From NCBI GenBank assembly GCA_964234715.1, contig OZ174278.1: 64,000 nt of DNA; one strand, 5' to 3'. Position numbers and translations under genes: made by a program. Of this stretch, positions 39,111 through 52,361 are shown piece by piece (position 1 is the stretch's first letter; each line of letters begins with the position of its first letter). The stretch is from Podarcis melisellensis. Lineage: Eukaryota. The notes beneath the pieces were generated by a model that saw only the letters and a list, made by a program, of their open reading frames with translations, searched no databases and was not told where the DNA came from.

Positions 39111-39471
39111 GGGACACAGATGGCGCTGTGGGTTAAAGCCTCAGCGCCTAGGACTTGCTGATCGAAAGGTCGGCGGTTCGAATCCCTGCTGCGGGGTGCG
39201 CTCCCGCTGCTCGGTCCCAGCGCCTGCCAACCTAGCAGTTCGAAAGCACCTCCGGGTGCAAGTAGATAAATAGGGACCGCTTACCAGCGGGAAGGTAAAC
39301 GGCGTTTCCGTGTGCAGCTCTGGCTCGCCAGAGCAGCGATGTCACACTGGCCATGTGACCCAGAAGTGTCTCCGGACAGCGCTGGCCCCTGGCCTCTTAA
39401 GTGAGATGGGCGCACAACCCCAGAGTCTGTCAAGACTGGCCCGTACGGGCAGGGGTACCTTTACCTTTACC
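39111..39471 (+). mobile_element. Sauria SINE, divergent subfamily
   Basis: Same head and (ACCTTT)n tail with a distinct 3' body; ttattttaac duplicated at the flanks. Confidence 0.92.
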
Positions 39472-40242
39472 TTATTTTAACACTCTTTCGGAGCGCTGTA
39501 CTGCTGAAATACTTTTAAGCCATCCAAAATGTCACCTGCAAGAGCTGTGCTGAGGATGCAAACTGGTGTGGTGGTAGAGATTTAGACACACAAAGTCATG
39601 CGTCTCATTTGGGTGCCATGATGTGGCTGGCAGGGGAATGCTTGACAAAGCTCCGCTACTACCACTACAATATACATTTCAGCATGAGGAATCTCACATC
39701 AACTGCATACTTTTGATTGTGTGGCCAGCCCAGTCTGTGCTATCTTCTGCACATTTGCTGAAGAGCTCTGAGTATGTAGGTTATAAGGATTGCCCTACTA
39801 TAGAACTTCCTCTTTGTTATGAAATATAGCATCTTTTACAGCCCATAAACACATGCAGATGATGAGCAGATAGCGCTCAGAGGTCAACAGGAAAAAGATT
39901 TGTACAGAATCTTGGGAGAAAGCCACTTGTCTGGCAAGATAGGCAAGGGCCAATTCTTACTTTACTTTTCGTAAAAAATAAAATTCAGATGTGAAAGGCA
40001 CTCCTCCCTTTTAAAAGCTTCCCTTGGAAGCAATAGCCTGATCCTTTCTCAGAAGTTACTCCTGAGTTTCTAAAAGAGATACGTGGCCAATTCTAACACA
40101 GATTTCCCCTCCCAATATATTTGAATATTTTGTACTACTGAGGTACATACGCCCAAGAATGAAAGGGAAAGTGAGAATCACCCGGAGGTATGGTAAGACA
40201 TGGCTGCAACAAAGCTCTCTTTCCACAGGTACAGGTAAAATA

Positions 40243-40821
40243 CCGTATTTTTCACCCTATAGGACACACTCCCCCCCCCCCAAAAATGAAGGGGAAATGT
40301 GTGTGCGTCCTATGGGGCGAATGCAGGCTTTCGCTGAAGTCTGGAGAGCGAGACCCGACCCCTCTCGCTCTCCAGGCTTCAGGGAGCTATCCGCAAGCCT
40401 TAGGAGCCCGTGGGAGTTCCCGCCAGGCTCCCTAGGCCTGTGGATAGCAGCCTGCATCCCGAAGCCTGGGGCACACTGAACTCAGTGCGCCCCAGGCTTC
40501 GCGCAGCTCTCTGCAAGCCGTGGGAGCCCTGCGCAAAGATCTCCCACGGCTTGCAGAGAGCTGCCTGCATCCCGAAGCCTGGGGCACACTGAGCTCAGCG
40601 CGCCCCAGGCTTTGGGCAGATATCCGCAAGCCTGGGGAGACCGGCGCGACTTCCCACCAGGCTCCCTAGGCTTGCGGATAGCAGCCTGTTCTGGGGGCTG
40701 GGGTCGGGGGAAGCTCGGGCTTCCCCCGCCCCAGTCCAGTGCCTGGGGGAAAAATAATAATTTCACCCCCTTTATTTCCCCCCCAAAAAACTAGGTGCGC
40801 CCTATGGGGTGAAAAATATGG
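40243..40821. mobile_element. TA-flanked Tc1/mariner-superfamily MITE (CCGTA termini) with internal GC-rich tandem hairpins
   Basis: ta|ccgtatttttcaccctatagg ... cctatggggtgaaaaatatgg|ta; about 2.5 copies of a ~115-bp unit. Confidence 0.85.
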
Positions 40822-42395
40822 TAATCTGTGATGCCAGATAGATCCACTTTTACTGTAGCTTCCACAATCCTGCCACTGGGTGCCATCACAGCAGAAGCTA
40901 TGAAAAGGAATGCAACGGAAACAGACCTGACTGAGAATGTCACAGGTCTCTGATGGCATCTTAAGGTCTGGTGAATCAACAAGCATAATATGTGTTCCTC
41001 AGATCATGGCCTAGTCAATTCCATGCCACACAAATGCTATCTGTTTATCATATATCAACAACAGCTCTCTGAGGCAGATTAAAGCCTTGGTATTTCGTAA
41101 TGAACCAGCTGCATTCAGAAACACGGCTGAAGTCTACAAGAACTTAGAAATCTTATCTACTTCCTGTGTATATTTCTAAATTCCCTTTGAAACTGTGTTA
41201 CGAGGCACAAAGCTGTAGATCGCTTATTTGCACTTTTGCAAATGTAGAGGATAAAACAAAAGACTCATACATTCAAAAAGCATTATGTTCAGGGACATAC
41301 TTCCTGTTATCACCTTTTAGTTCTAGTCTAAAAGGAAAATACTGTAAACGCTTTCAAAAGATGCAAATGTAAATTAAAGCTGACTAACCTTACAAAATAC
41401 AAAGAGCAATGAATCTAGACATCAAACTGTATGGAATGAATTAAATGCTAATTGATTAAGACACTACCTGCATTGACTGCAACTATATGCATTTGTTGAA
41501 TAGCCAAGTTTTGCATGTGGCTCAGAATTAGCATCTCTTCTATAGGCCTGGGAATTTTAAGATTATAACCTTGCTAAATGGGAAGCAAGCATAATGAATG
41601 TCATGCTAGTTTGTAATATCTGTCAATAACATGTGTGTCGTAAGCGCTAAATGTATATTATAACAGATATACATTAATAACTTGTATATTCCGTAATGAT
41701 GAGTGGTATCTGCAACCATCTTCCTGTTCTGCCTTAACGATTCGAAAGGTTGCAGAATCTATCTGTTACAAAGAGACGTTAGCCAGGCCAAAGACACTGT
41801 CTTACCTGTTGTGTGAAGAATGCGTATCATATTGGCCTCATTGCTAAAGTCTGGTCAGGCTCAATTTCCCCTTTTTAATTGCCATCCCTGGAAAGTGGCA
41901 ATTTCCAGGCAGTTTATACATTCCATTCTTTTGTCGAATCCTATTTTGCTCAGGTCAGAAATAAGATATCGTTCATGACTTATTCAGAGCATGTTCAATC
42001 CATAACCAGCTGCCCAGTGGTGCCAAATTCTGATGCTGGGCCTGAGGTTACAGTTGGCTTTCTTACATGCGAGTATCTGTGTAGAAAATTGTTATGTGTG
42101 AGTAGCAATGAGCTTCTCTGAGGTCAAACGGGGCAGCAGATCTCTACATCAAAACAAGGAAAACCTATTACTTCTTGCTAGCACTTCTCTCTCCAGCAGA
42201 TGGAACCAGAGGTCTATCATATCTGTTGCCTTTATACTATTTCAGAAATTTAGTCTGCAATCTTAAACACACTTGCTAGAGTGTAAATCTCACTGAATGG
42301 GGCTTGCTTCTGAATTTACATGCTTAAGATCATGCTATCTAATAATCTGATTCTCAAATCTGGGTCCCTTTTTTATTTTCGCCTTGCAGTTCTTC

Positions 42396-42763
42396 AAGGT
42401 AAAGGTAAAGGTAAAGGTAAAGGGACCCTTGACCATTAGGTCCAGTTGTGACCGACTCTGGGGTTGCGGCGCTCATCTCGCTTTATTGGCCGAGGGAGGT
42501 GGCGTACAGCTTCCGGGTCATGTGGCCAGCATGACTAAGCCGCTTCTGGCGAACCAGAGCAGCGCACAGAAACGTTGTTTACCTTCCCACTGGAGTGGTA
42601 CCTATTTATCTACTTGCACTTTGACGTGCTTTCGAACTGCTAGGTTGACAGGAGCTGGGACTGAGCAACGGGAGCTCACCCCGTCATGGGGATTCGAACC
42701 GCCGACCTTCCAATCGGCAAGCCCTAGGCTCTGTGGTTTAATCCACAGTGCCACCCGCGTCCC
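42396..42763 (-). mobile_element. Sauria SINE
   Basis: (AAAGGT)4 tail on the plus strand, full body and head. Confidence 0.94.
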
Positions 42764-43634
42764 TTCTTTAAAGTAGTGTGGGCAAATTACGCAAGAGTTT
42801 CAACATGGGGAGAAAGGGGATTTCAGAAGATGTAGCTTGTCATATTTTTTTCTAGCTGATCGACCTATTTTAGGAACAATAATACGTGCACGCCTTAAGG
42901 CAAAGCACGTTTGCTCAGCAGACACCAACTCAACTGGAAGTCTAGACACCCATATAACAAAGCAAAATTAAATTACGTCACCATCATCTTTCCAGAAGCA
43001 ATTTTTTAGGAAAACCATTGAGTCACTGACAGAATTATAGCAGAAAGGAGAAGTGTTGCCAGTCTAGGATGACTATATATCCCACCACAGACAGCATCAC
43101 TTCTTTTCAACATTCAATAGGAAGTTTAAAATGCACTGAATTTTCTAGCAAGTTTTATTTAAGCTACAAAAACTGGGAGCTTTATATAGTGTGTGGTTTA
43201 TATAGTTTGATGTTAAACTCCTTCTCCCCAGCTCTTGTGCAGTTTCTCTTTCTAAATAAAAAGGAAGCCTCTCATTAGAACAACACTTTGCAGAATCCCT
43301 GCTTTTCCTAATGACAGAAATGAGGGCAATTATTTACCCAGTTAAAGGGGAATAAAGGGACCCAATACAACAAGTTAACCCCTTCCTCCTCCACCACAGA
43401 CATGACCAAAACCACAGATCCCAACCTCCCTGCTAATGGATGTGTGCACTGGCACAAATGGGAGATTCCCTTCCAGGGCCAACAGCAGCTACAGGAGGGT
43501 GATTTTTGTCAGGGCAACAGCAGGGCAGGGGTTAACTTCCCTGGAATACTTTGTCCCCCACAGATGGGTTTGCAGCACTGGCAAAGTGCTCCCTCTCTCC
43601 TAGTTCTAGTTCTTCCCCATCCAAGCTTATATAA

Positions 43635-43750
43635 TAACAACAGCAGCAGCAGCAACAATAATTTATTATCTGTACCTTGCCTATCCGGCTGGGTTGCCCC
43701 AGCCACTCTGGGCAGCTTCCAGCATTTATAAAAACATTAAACCTTAAAAA
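43635..43750 (-). mobile_element. Short L2 3' end
   Basis: ggctgggttgccccagccactctgggcagcttcca matches the L2 ends at ~3060 and ~36140. Confidence 0.7.
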
Positions 43751-44624
43751 GCTTCACCTTATGGAAGACAATAATAATCCTCTTTGCCCCTTTTCCTTAC
43801 TGTCATGCCAAGAGCAGATTAGTTGGTTCACTAGAGGCTTTCCTTCCTTATGCCCAAAAGCTTCCTGGCTGGACTCCCAGAGCCCAGAGACACAGCCTCC
43901 TAGTCCAACGCTCTTCCCACTAGCTTGGCAGCCTACACTCTCCCAATTTCTTTATCTCCCGACTACTTCTCCTGAAGCTGCTTCACTGCAGCTCTGGCCA
44001 ATATCTGGGCCATCAAAGCCTCTCACAGCCTCTGTCAGGGTAGGGGAGAGACCCTGCAGCTGAGGTATAGCATGGGATGCTCTCCGTTCGTTCTCACAAA
44101 CTTAGAACAAGAAAGGAGATTCTGAGTATTTATTTTATATTCTTCCCTTCCTCTCAGAGTGGTTCGCACCCTGGCAAATTGTTAAACCAAAACTACAAAA
44201 CAATAACACACCCCCACACCTCACTCACAGACACGATTGAAAAGCTGTAGGATATGAATCAGCCCAGGGCCTGGTGGAAAAGGAAGGTTTTCGCCTGGTG
44301 CCTAATATATATATAATGAAGGCACCAGGCAAAGCTCTCTGGGGAAAGCATTCCACAAACGGGGAGCCACTAAACATCAGGGAGAACTTTCTGGCAGTTA
44401 GTGTGGTTTGACATGCGTGACATGCGCGTGACATCATGCAGCTGTCAAATGCATGGGATGTCACGCATGCAGCACATGTGTGTCATTGGGAAGAGGCTGA
44501 GCATGGGGCCCAGCATGTCTGGCGGCTCCTCGTCTCTTGCACTCAGGAGGAGCCGGCCGCTGAAGCCACACTGCACTCAGTTGGATGCCCAGCCTCCTTC
44601 TAAACATCAGCAAGGACTTTCTGG

Positions 44625-44790
44625 TGGCAAGAGCTGTTCAGCAGTGGAATGGCCTCCCTTGGAAGATGGTTTCTAAGCAGAGGCTGGATGGTCATCTGTC
44701 ATGGATGCTTTAGGAGAGATTCCTGCATTACAGGAAGTTGGACTAGATGGCCCTCAGGGTCCCTTTCAACTTTACAATTCTGTGATATTA
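44625..44790 (+). mobile_element. CR1 3' fragment
   Basis: cagtggaatggcctccct...aagcagaggctggatggtcatctgtc...ggactagatggcc...tcaactttacaattctgtgat. Confidence 0.65.
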
Positions 44791-45232
44791 GGACTGTCCC
44801 ATTTCCTACTCTTGAGGGATATTGCAGTTAAAAGGATTTGCTAAAGCCTAGAACTCAAGAGTATGTGCTCTCTGAAGGTCCAGTCTCAGGATCTGGCAGC
44901 CTCTCAGCTGTCCACCACTGCCATCAGGTAAGGTATATGGAAGACATGAAGGTGTCAAATGATGTACGGGGGGGGGGGGGGCACCAAGTGTCGTTTTGCT
45001 GAGGACCCCCTCTGCCCAGGAGTCAGCATTTTTTTCTGTGCAAAGTTATACCTGTAGCTCTGACAAAGTTACCCTGATTGCGTCCTGTGCATAACAATAT
45101 TCTGTTATCGAGTCAGTCTTCACTCTGGTTACCTGCCTAGTATTTACAGAAGAAGTGGCTTCATACAATATACCACCAAAAAAAAAAGAAACAAGGAACA
45201 CTTTCCTTGCCTTGTGCATCTATAAAGCCAGA

Positions 45233-45600
45233 AAAGGAAAAGGTAAAGGGACCCCTGACAGTTAGGTCCCGTCGTGGGTGACTCTGGGGTTGTGGCGCTC
45301 ATCTCGCTCTATAGGCCGAGGGAGCCGGTGTTTGTCTGCAGACAGCTTCTGGGTCATGTGGCCAGCATGACTAATCCACTTTCTGGTGAACCAGAGCAGC
45401 GCACAGAAATGCCGTTTACCTTCCCGCTGGAGCGGTACCTATTTATCTACTTGCACTTTGACGTGCTTTCGAACTGCTAGGTTGGCAGGAGCAGGGACCG
45501 AGCAACGGGAGCTCACCCTGTCGCGGGAATTCGAACCGCTGACCTTCTGATCGGCAAGCCCTAGGCTCTGTGGTTTAACCCACAGCGCCACCCACGTCCC
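45233..45600 (-). mobile_element. Sauria SINE
   Basis: TSD tataaagc(c/g)agaaa; full length. Confidence 0.94.
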
Positions 45601-46714
45601 TATAAAGCGAGAAACTCTCTCCCAAATAACCTTTCGTGCAGAACTATTTTGTAGGACAAAAGTGTTATGTGAGATTTAATTGATCAATTGGTTATAACTT
45701 AGAAATGAAGAGTTATTTCGCAGACTGTAAACCCTAGCAATCTCCTTTTTAAAACGCCACAGTGCTGGTAAAGGCTTATTTTCCATAGAAAAGAGGCGAA
45801 CCCATAGCCGTCTGCCCATAACAGATTTGTAATGAGCAACTATAACTTCCACGGTATGACTCAATGATTCTTGAAAACTTGCTTCTATTATACTGCTGCT
45901 ACCCAAACCCTTCTCACTTTACAATGTCAAAACAAAATAGATTTAGTTCTTTAATATGAGTAAATGCTCTCTTAGTCATGCCGGCTATAACATATTTCAT
46001 CCTTAATCACACCCATTTATTCTAATATTCCTAACAAATGCATTTCCACATCAGTTTTTTTTTTATCCCTTTATGGGAAGCTGTTTCCTGTGCACTGAAA
46101 GCTAATTGCAAAAAGGAAAGGAAAGTTAATTACTACAGGAAATATAATCTGCAAAGCATTTCTCTCTCTGTGAACATAGCTCATTTAACTACCAATACTA
46201 CCCAAAAATAAAAAATAAAAGCAGGGGAGAAAGGTTTTATTTGCACACTTCTGACTCTTTATGCAATCATAAATCCAAGCAGAAAACACAACCACATTTA
46301 CTCCAATCCACAAAATGCATAAGAGTGTTTTGGGGACTCCAGGAGCATAGGGAAGGCAATGACAGGCTGGTGGTTTTCTTCAGCCAAACATGCAATTTCA
46401 CTGAAGTTCCCACTCAAGTAGCAGTGTGGTATCATAACAGCAGAACAGCTATGCCAGCAACATGCCAGCTTGGCAGAAAAACTCCCTAAGCACAAAGAAG
46501 GTGGGGCAAAGGCTTTTAAAGAGTGCGTTCTCAGTGCAGATCCTGCCACTCTTCATTTGTTACAACTTGCAATCCTGCTTCTGAGCTATTGAGATGCCCA
46601 TGATGAAAAATGCTGAATGGCTCCAAGTGCACACAATGCTGTTATAGCTAAGCTGATGTCAGAGTGCTTGGGAGCATCATTTAAGCTCCCAGAGTAATCC
46701 CCAGAGTAACACAG

Positions 46715-47050
46715 CACCTTTGAAGAGACTTCAGAAACTACAACTGATCCAGAATGCAGGAGCAAGACTGATGGACACTTCCTTATGAAATCATATCACA
46801 CCTGTCCTGCAAGGGTTACACTTGGTACCAGCTTGCTTCTGGGCATCATTGAAGGTGTTGATGAAGACCTTTTCAAGGCCTAAAAGCCTTAGGTTCAGGA
46901 TAGTTTAGGGACCACCACCTGTCCATATCTGGAGATTCATGGAGAAGACTTTCTCTGTTTCTCATCTACGATGGAGGCTCAGTTGCCAGGGAACAGAGAA
47001 ACATTGCCCCTGTAGCTGCACCTAAATTGTGGGGCTCTACCCTGGGAAGT
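46715..47050 (+). mobile_element. Degraded L2 ORF2 fragment
   Basis: Encodes remnants LQKLQLIQNAGARL and HITPVLQGLHLVP, typical of L2 ORF2. Confidence 0.7.
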
Positions 47051-47895
47051 CAAGTTGGCTTCCTCTTTTATGGTGTGTTGCGGAATGGCAAGACCCTTCC
47101 TGTTTGGGAAGGTGCTTGTTTTAATAGATTTATAGGTTTTCATCCAATGCTTTCAATCTGCTATACACTCCTATATCACACTGTACTGTATGTTATAGCT
47201 GAGCGGTATGCAAGCAACAGGCAGGACAGGATATACAGTTTTACGTAGATAAAATTAATTAATCAAGATTGCATGTTAGACTATTTCAGGGTTTGGAATT
47301 AATTGTGTTTATAATGTACAGAGAAGAAACCCAAATGTTGAGAAACGCAGTGATTTCAGAAATACGAAATCTTATGCAAGAAGTATTGAATTGAGCTGGA
47401 GTTGTATAAGTACCCGAGAGGGGAAGATTAAGTTGGAATAAATGACTTGCCCCAGCATCACACAGAGTGCCTAGGAAGCTATAAGGTCAATGGTGTGTCA
47501 CCAGAGTCTCATACACACTGTTGCAATGCCAACATACAACCTAGTGCTGTGTTATTTGTTAACTAGCTGGTGGACAGAACCGTGTTATAGCAGTAGAGTG
47601 TTATCATGTCAGTGGAAAGGAAGCAGCATTGTTCCTATGAAAGCACATGCACAACGATTTTAATTTTTTAAAAAGATGCAATATGATTACACTACCTGCA
47701 ATGACATCTGGTAGTACATCACTTCTTCTGATCATAAAACGGGTGTGTTAGGTGTAGAGCCTCAAACTGCAAGGAGGGCAGGTTGCAGGATATATGTGGG
47801 CATTTACTAGGGCTAGGAGGCTAAAGAAAAGCAAAACATTTGCCCCTTGTTTCCTTTCAACCTTGGGTCCTTGAGAATAGAAACTGGGTCTAGAG

Positions 47896-48033
47896 CAGTG
47901 TTTCCCTAACTTGGGTCTCCAGCTGGTTTTGGACTACAACGCCCATCATCCCTAGCTAGCAAGACCAGTGGTGAGGGGTGATGGGAATTGTAGTCTGAAA
48001 AAACAACTGGAAACCCAAGCTTGGGAAACACTG
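47896..48033. mobile_element. Palindromic hAT-type MITE
   Basis: cagtgtttccc...gggaaacactg TIRs and a palindromic body like 1493 and 12076. Confidence 0.8.
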
Positions 48034-48123
48034 GCCCAATCCCCAAGCTCAAGATCAGTCACAATTTAAAAGAAGTTTGGGTAGGGAATTAGCTTTGGAG
48101 GCCACATTTCCTCCTAGGCCACT

Positions 48124-48126
<3 letters not shown>

Positions 48127-48168
<42 letters not shown>
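48127..48168. repeat. (CA)n microsatellite
   Basis: Direct observation. Confidence 0.95.
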
Positions 48169-48170
<2 letters not shown>

Positions 48171-48921
48171 GTTATACAGATATAGATTTTAAATATTTAA
48201 TATATGAAAACACCATGTACAAAAGGCAAGGTCTCTCATGGTGTCTTTGCAGCATCTACTAGATCGTTCTGTAACCTTAATCAACCTTTCAAGAAAACCC
48301 TAAAACCACTGAAGTTCCTACCTACTGTGTCTCCATTAAAATATGGTTTTCGAAAGAATATCCTTTATAATGCTGCATTACACAGCACTGCAAACATCGA
48401 TGCAGAGGACCAATTCCTTCTGCACTCTTCAGCCATCAGCTCCAGCAAGAGAAATCACGAAAGCTTTCCAAAGCTGAGGCCTGCACTGCCACCAAGTAGC
48501 AAAAATATGGACAACAAAGCAACCGATCAAAAGAAAGAGAACAGGATAAAGCTTGAAAAGGAAGGGAATTAACAAACAGATTTGAAATGGGCATAGATGC
48601 AGGAGACATCTTCGGCAGCTGCTACAAAAATGCAAGAAATGTTTTACAGTGGTTAACCTCCTAAGAAGATACCACCTCTTTTGCGGTCAGTGTGTCTTTG
48701 TACTTCCAAGATAGGCAGGTAGAGATTTAATAAAACATGGCAGTAACCCAAGCAGCAATTTAGTAGCTTGGATTTCTTTCAAATTATATTTAACTGACAG
48801 TGCACATTTGCCTAAAAGCAGTAAAGTAGTCTGACGCTCTGGATTGCAACTTTCCTGGTTGGGAGATGAAGAGAAGGAGCTGTCAGCATCTGTTTCTAAA
48901 AAAGGGGAGTGATGAAGGGAT

Positions 48922-49277
48922 AAAGGTAAAGGTAAAGGGAGCCCTGACCATTAGGTCCAGTCACGGATGACTCTGGGGTTGCAGTGCTCATCTCGCTTTA
49001 TTGGCCGAGGGAGCCGGCGTACAGCTTCTGGGTCATGTGGCCAGCATGACTAAGCCGCTTCTGGCGAACCAGAGCAGCACACAGATACACAGTTTACCTT
49101 CCCGCCGGAGCGGTACCTATTTATCTACTTGCACTTTGACGTGCTTTCAAACTGCTAGGTTGGCAGGAGCAGGGACCGAGCAACGGGAGCTCACTCATCG
49201 CGGGGATTCGAACCGCCGACCTTCTGATCGGCAAGTCCTAGGCTCTGTGGTTTAACCCACAGCGCCACCCGCATCCC
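48922..49277 (-). mobile_element. Sauria SINE
   Basis: TSD tgaagggata; full length. Confidence 0.94.
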
Positions 49278-52119
49278 TGAAGGGATACTTAAGCCAAAAC
49301 TACCTTTCCCAGCTTCGTCATGCAAACTAACATTCTTTTTGTCAAAATCAAAAGATGACTTGTTTTCAAAGTGACGTGGCACCTCTGGGCAGTGGAGAAG
49401 GGCTATGAAGACATCTGGAAGAATTGCAAAGTGTCTTCCAAAGAGATAATCCTTAAGATGAGCTGCAGGCAGATAAATCAGGCCTGCAGACTTGCAACCT
49501 GCCAGGTCAAATGCAAACTATCCCCAGAGTATTATGATATTATACCAGCTGCTTTTCGCAGCCCTAGGCAGACAGTATAAACAGGAAATACCCTGGTGGG
49601 CTGCCATATTTTGCTGGCGGGCTGGTACATTGTGCAGGCCCAAGATAAATGGATGAAATGAAAACTTAGGTTCATCCAAATGGAATCCCCCCTGTCCCGC
49701 AACAATGCAGGATGAAAACATGAGTGTTAGGCTTTTTGCTCAGATACAGGATCTTGTCTGCTTTCAGGGTGTGCATGCAATGAGGCTAAGCTTATTAGCA
49801 ACTCTGAGCTTCATCTCGCAAGCCCCTGAGAGGTCCAGTTTCTGTGGAATGATGCTATCACAAAAGGCCAAGAATTAGAATTTTCACAGCAAGTAATTCT
49901 GGGGAGCCTTGTGCAAAAACTACAATGCCATATGGCTTCATGTGATTTATTTCTTTTAAAAGAGAAGCACCTGACACCCACACCTGACGCCGAATAGCAG
50001 CAGCAAACAAAATCTGTTTCTATCATTATCACATAGTCTGGAATTTGGAAATTAAAGCCAGCCAGCCATGAGTCTGTTTGCTCCTACTAGCATGGCCCAT
50101 GATCAGTTTCAGGACAGCAATGTGTTTCAGAAGGCAGCCAGGGCTGTAGGCACTGTATAAAAATCACTTCTACTACTGGAAGAGAAAAAACCCCATTCCT
50201 GAAGGGAACACCCACTCTGGAATTTGCTGAAGAGGAATACTTAAGAACAACCAACAGAAAAAGGAAGGAGTGGTCCTATTTTGTTGCTCCCTTCTTTTTG
50301 GCATTGTATTAGCAGCAGCCCCTGGACAGTAGCAATGGAAGGAATTCTTGAATGAAGAGGGTGGAGAAAGACAACATGTTCTTAGAATCCTTATATTTAA
50401 ATATGAAACAGCTTTCCTCGCAGTCAGAAGACAGAATGTCCCCAATAAAAGTAGAGTTAAGCAGCAACTAACACCACACCGGTGGCAAAAGCCATTTTGG
50501 AGAGCAGGAGATCAAAACATAGTTTCCAGCTTCATGTGCTGCAAACTCTCTAGTTCTTAAGGCTAGGCATATTCCCCAAACCTCTCTCCAGCTTGGTTTT
50601 CCTCAAGGTGAAGATGTATCTGGGCCATACCACTTCAGGCAAGAGTTCACATTGACTGAGCGCACATTCAAAAATGGAAAATCTTCCAGAGAAAACTAGG
50701 TGTTAGGAAGAAGAGCTCTAGCTTAGCTTTCGCTGTGTGCAATTCTTATTGCACGGAGAAGCATTCAAGCAGGCTGAAGTGGTATAGTCTTGACACAGGG
50801 CTACCACTTCAGCTGTGAAACAGGTTAAGCAATAACAAAAAGATATTGCCTCTTACTTATCACTAAGTAAGCATAACTCATTCCTGCACTAATGGGTTCT
50901 AGGGCAGAGAATGTTTCTTGTACTTCCCCTTTTAAAACATAAAAACACTGAAGACCCATAGCAACTAGCACCACCCTAGAAAAGGACAGATCTACTTCCA
51001 AAACGAAGTCTGCAAGAGGTCCGCCATCACCTCGCCCCCATTAGTCACAAGCCAGGCCATGCTGAGATGCTGCCACATCAACTATTTGCATGAGGTTTAA
51101 GAGCTGAAAATGAGCAAGGCCTGCAGCTAAGAAGTTCCTGTTTTGTTGCTGCGTGTTTGGGCGATAGGAGGAATCGCAGCGGACTAGAAAGGAACACGTT
51201 TTGCACAGCGACTCATGAACACCGAGTTAAATTTTCAAGAGGAAGTTCTTTATGACTACCTAGCTTTTCAATATATCTTAAGAACAATTTGCATTTTCTT
51301 AGAAGGCTATAGCCATAAAAAAACCCCCACAACCTATTGATCCACTACTGTAATGGCCAGCACAGGAACACAATGGCTAATCTTTTAATTCTGAATAAGA
51401 AACCGGAAGCAAGACACTGGAGTTGTCTGTGTCCTCCCCGCAGTCTGTCCCCTTACCGGAGTGAATTCACTGTTCCTACCTTAGCTACAGTTAAGCAGCA
51501 CATCAGTTCTTACATTAGCTGTGATCTGGTTAAAACTAACCAGGCTTCACACTTAACAAACTGGTAAAAAGGATCCTGGAAACGGTCCTGAACATAGATT
51601 AAGTGCATCTGAGTACTGTACACAGTTAAATCTTGAATACAAGAGGCAAACATGCTGGAATGAACTGGAGTGAATTGTTCCAACTCTACAGATTGGCACT
51701 AAAATCACAAACTGTTTAACATGAGTTAAAGAAGGAGGTTTCTCGGCAACGTTTTCTCACACAGTACTCAGCACTCTTCTGACAATATACTCTACAAACT
51801 TTAGAGCTCATGGGGGGGGGGAGCGGGTAAGGCTAACAGAAATAAAAATTTTAAAAGCATCTTAGAAAAACATCACCATGCAGCTTGAGCCTTGAACAAA
51901 GTACTGTTCTTCCCGGATCTCAGCTTAGCTTTAAGTGTATGGTAATGTGTCTGCGTGAACGGCAAAAGTGTTCCCAAGAGCACCACAAACACAAAGGGGA
52001 GGCTCTCAGCCACAATGTTTATGCATCTTCTGAGTGGTAACAACAATATATTGATCTCCCCAACACCCTTGTGCAAGTACAATTCAATTAAAATGGAGGT
52101 AACATTGTATTCCTGCGTA

Positions 52120-52361
52120 CAGTGGTACCTCAGGTTACGTACGCTTCAGGTTACATACGCTTCAGGTTACAGACTCCGCTAACCCAGAAATATTACCTCA
52201 GGTTAAGAACTTTGCTTCAGGTTGAGGACAGAAATCGTGCTCCGGTGGCGTGGCAGCAGCGGGAGGCCCCATTAGCTAAAGTGGTGCTTCAGGTTAAGAA
52301 CAGTTTCAGGTTAAGAATGGACCTCTGGAACGAATTAAGTACTTAAACCAAGGTACCACTG
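52120..52361 (+). mobile_element. Tc1/mariner-type MITE, family A
   Basis: TA-flanked TIRs; family-A interior. Confidence 0.93.

Noticed and set aside
44400-44490. Imperfect palindrome tgacatgcgtgacat...atgtcacgcatg
   Set aside because: Lies among L2/CR1 debris and looks like the interior of a decayed DNA transposon; no independent support.
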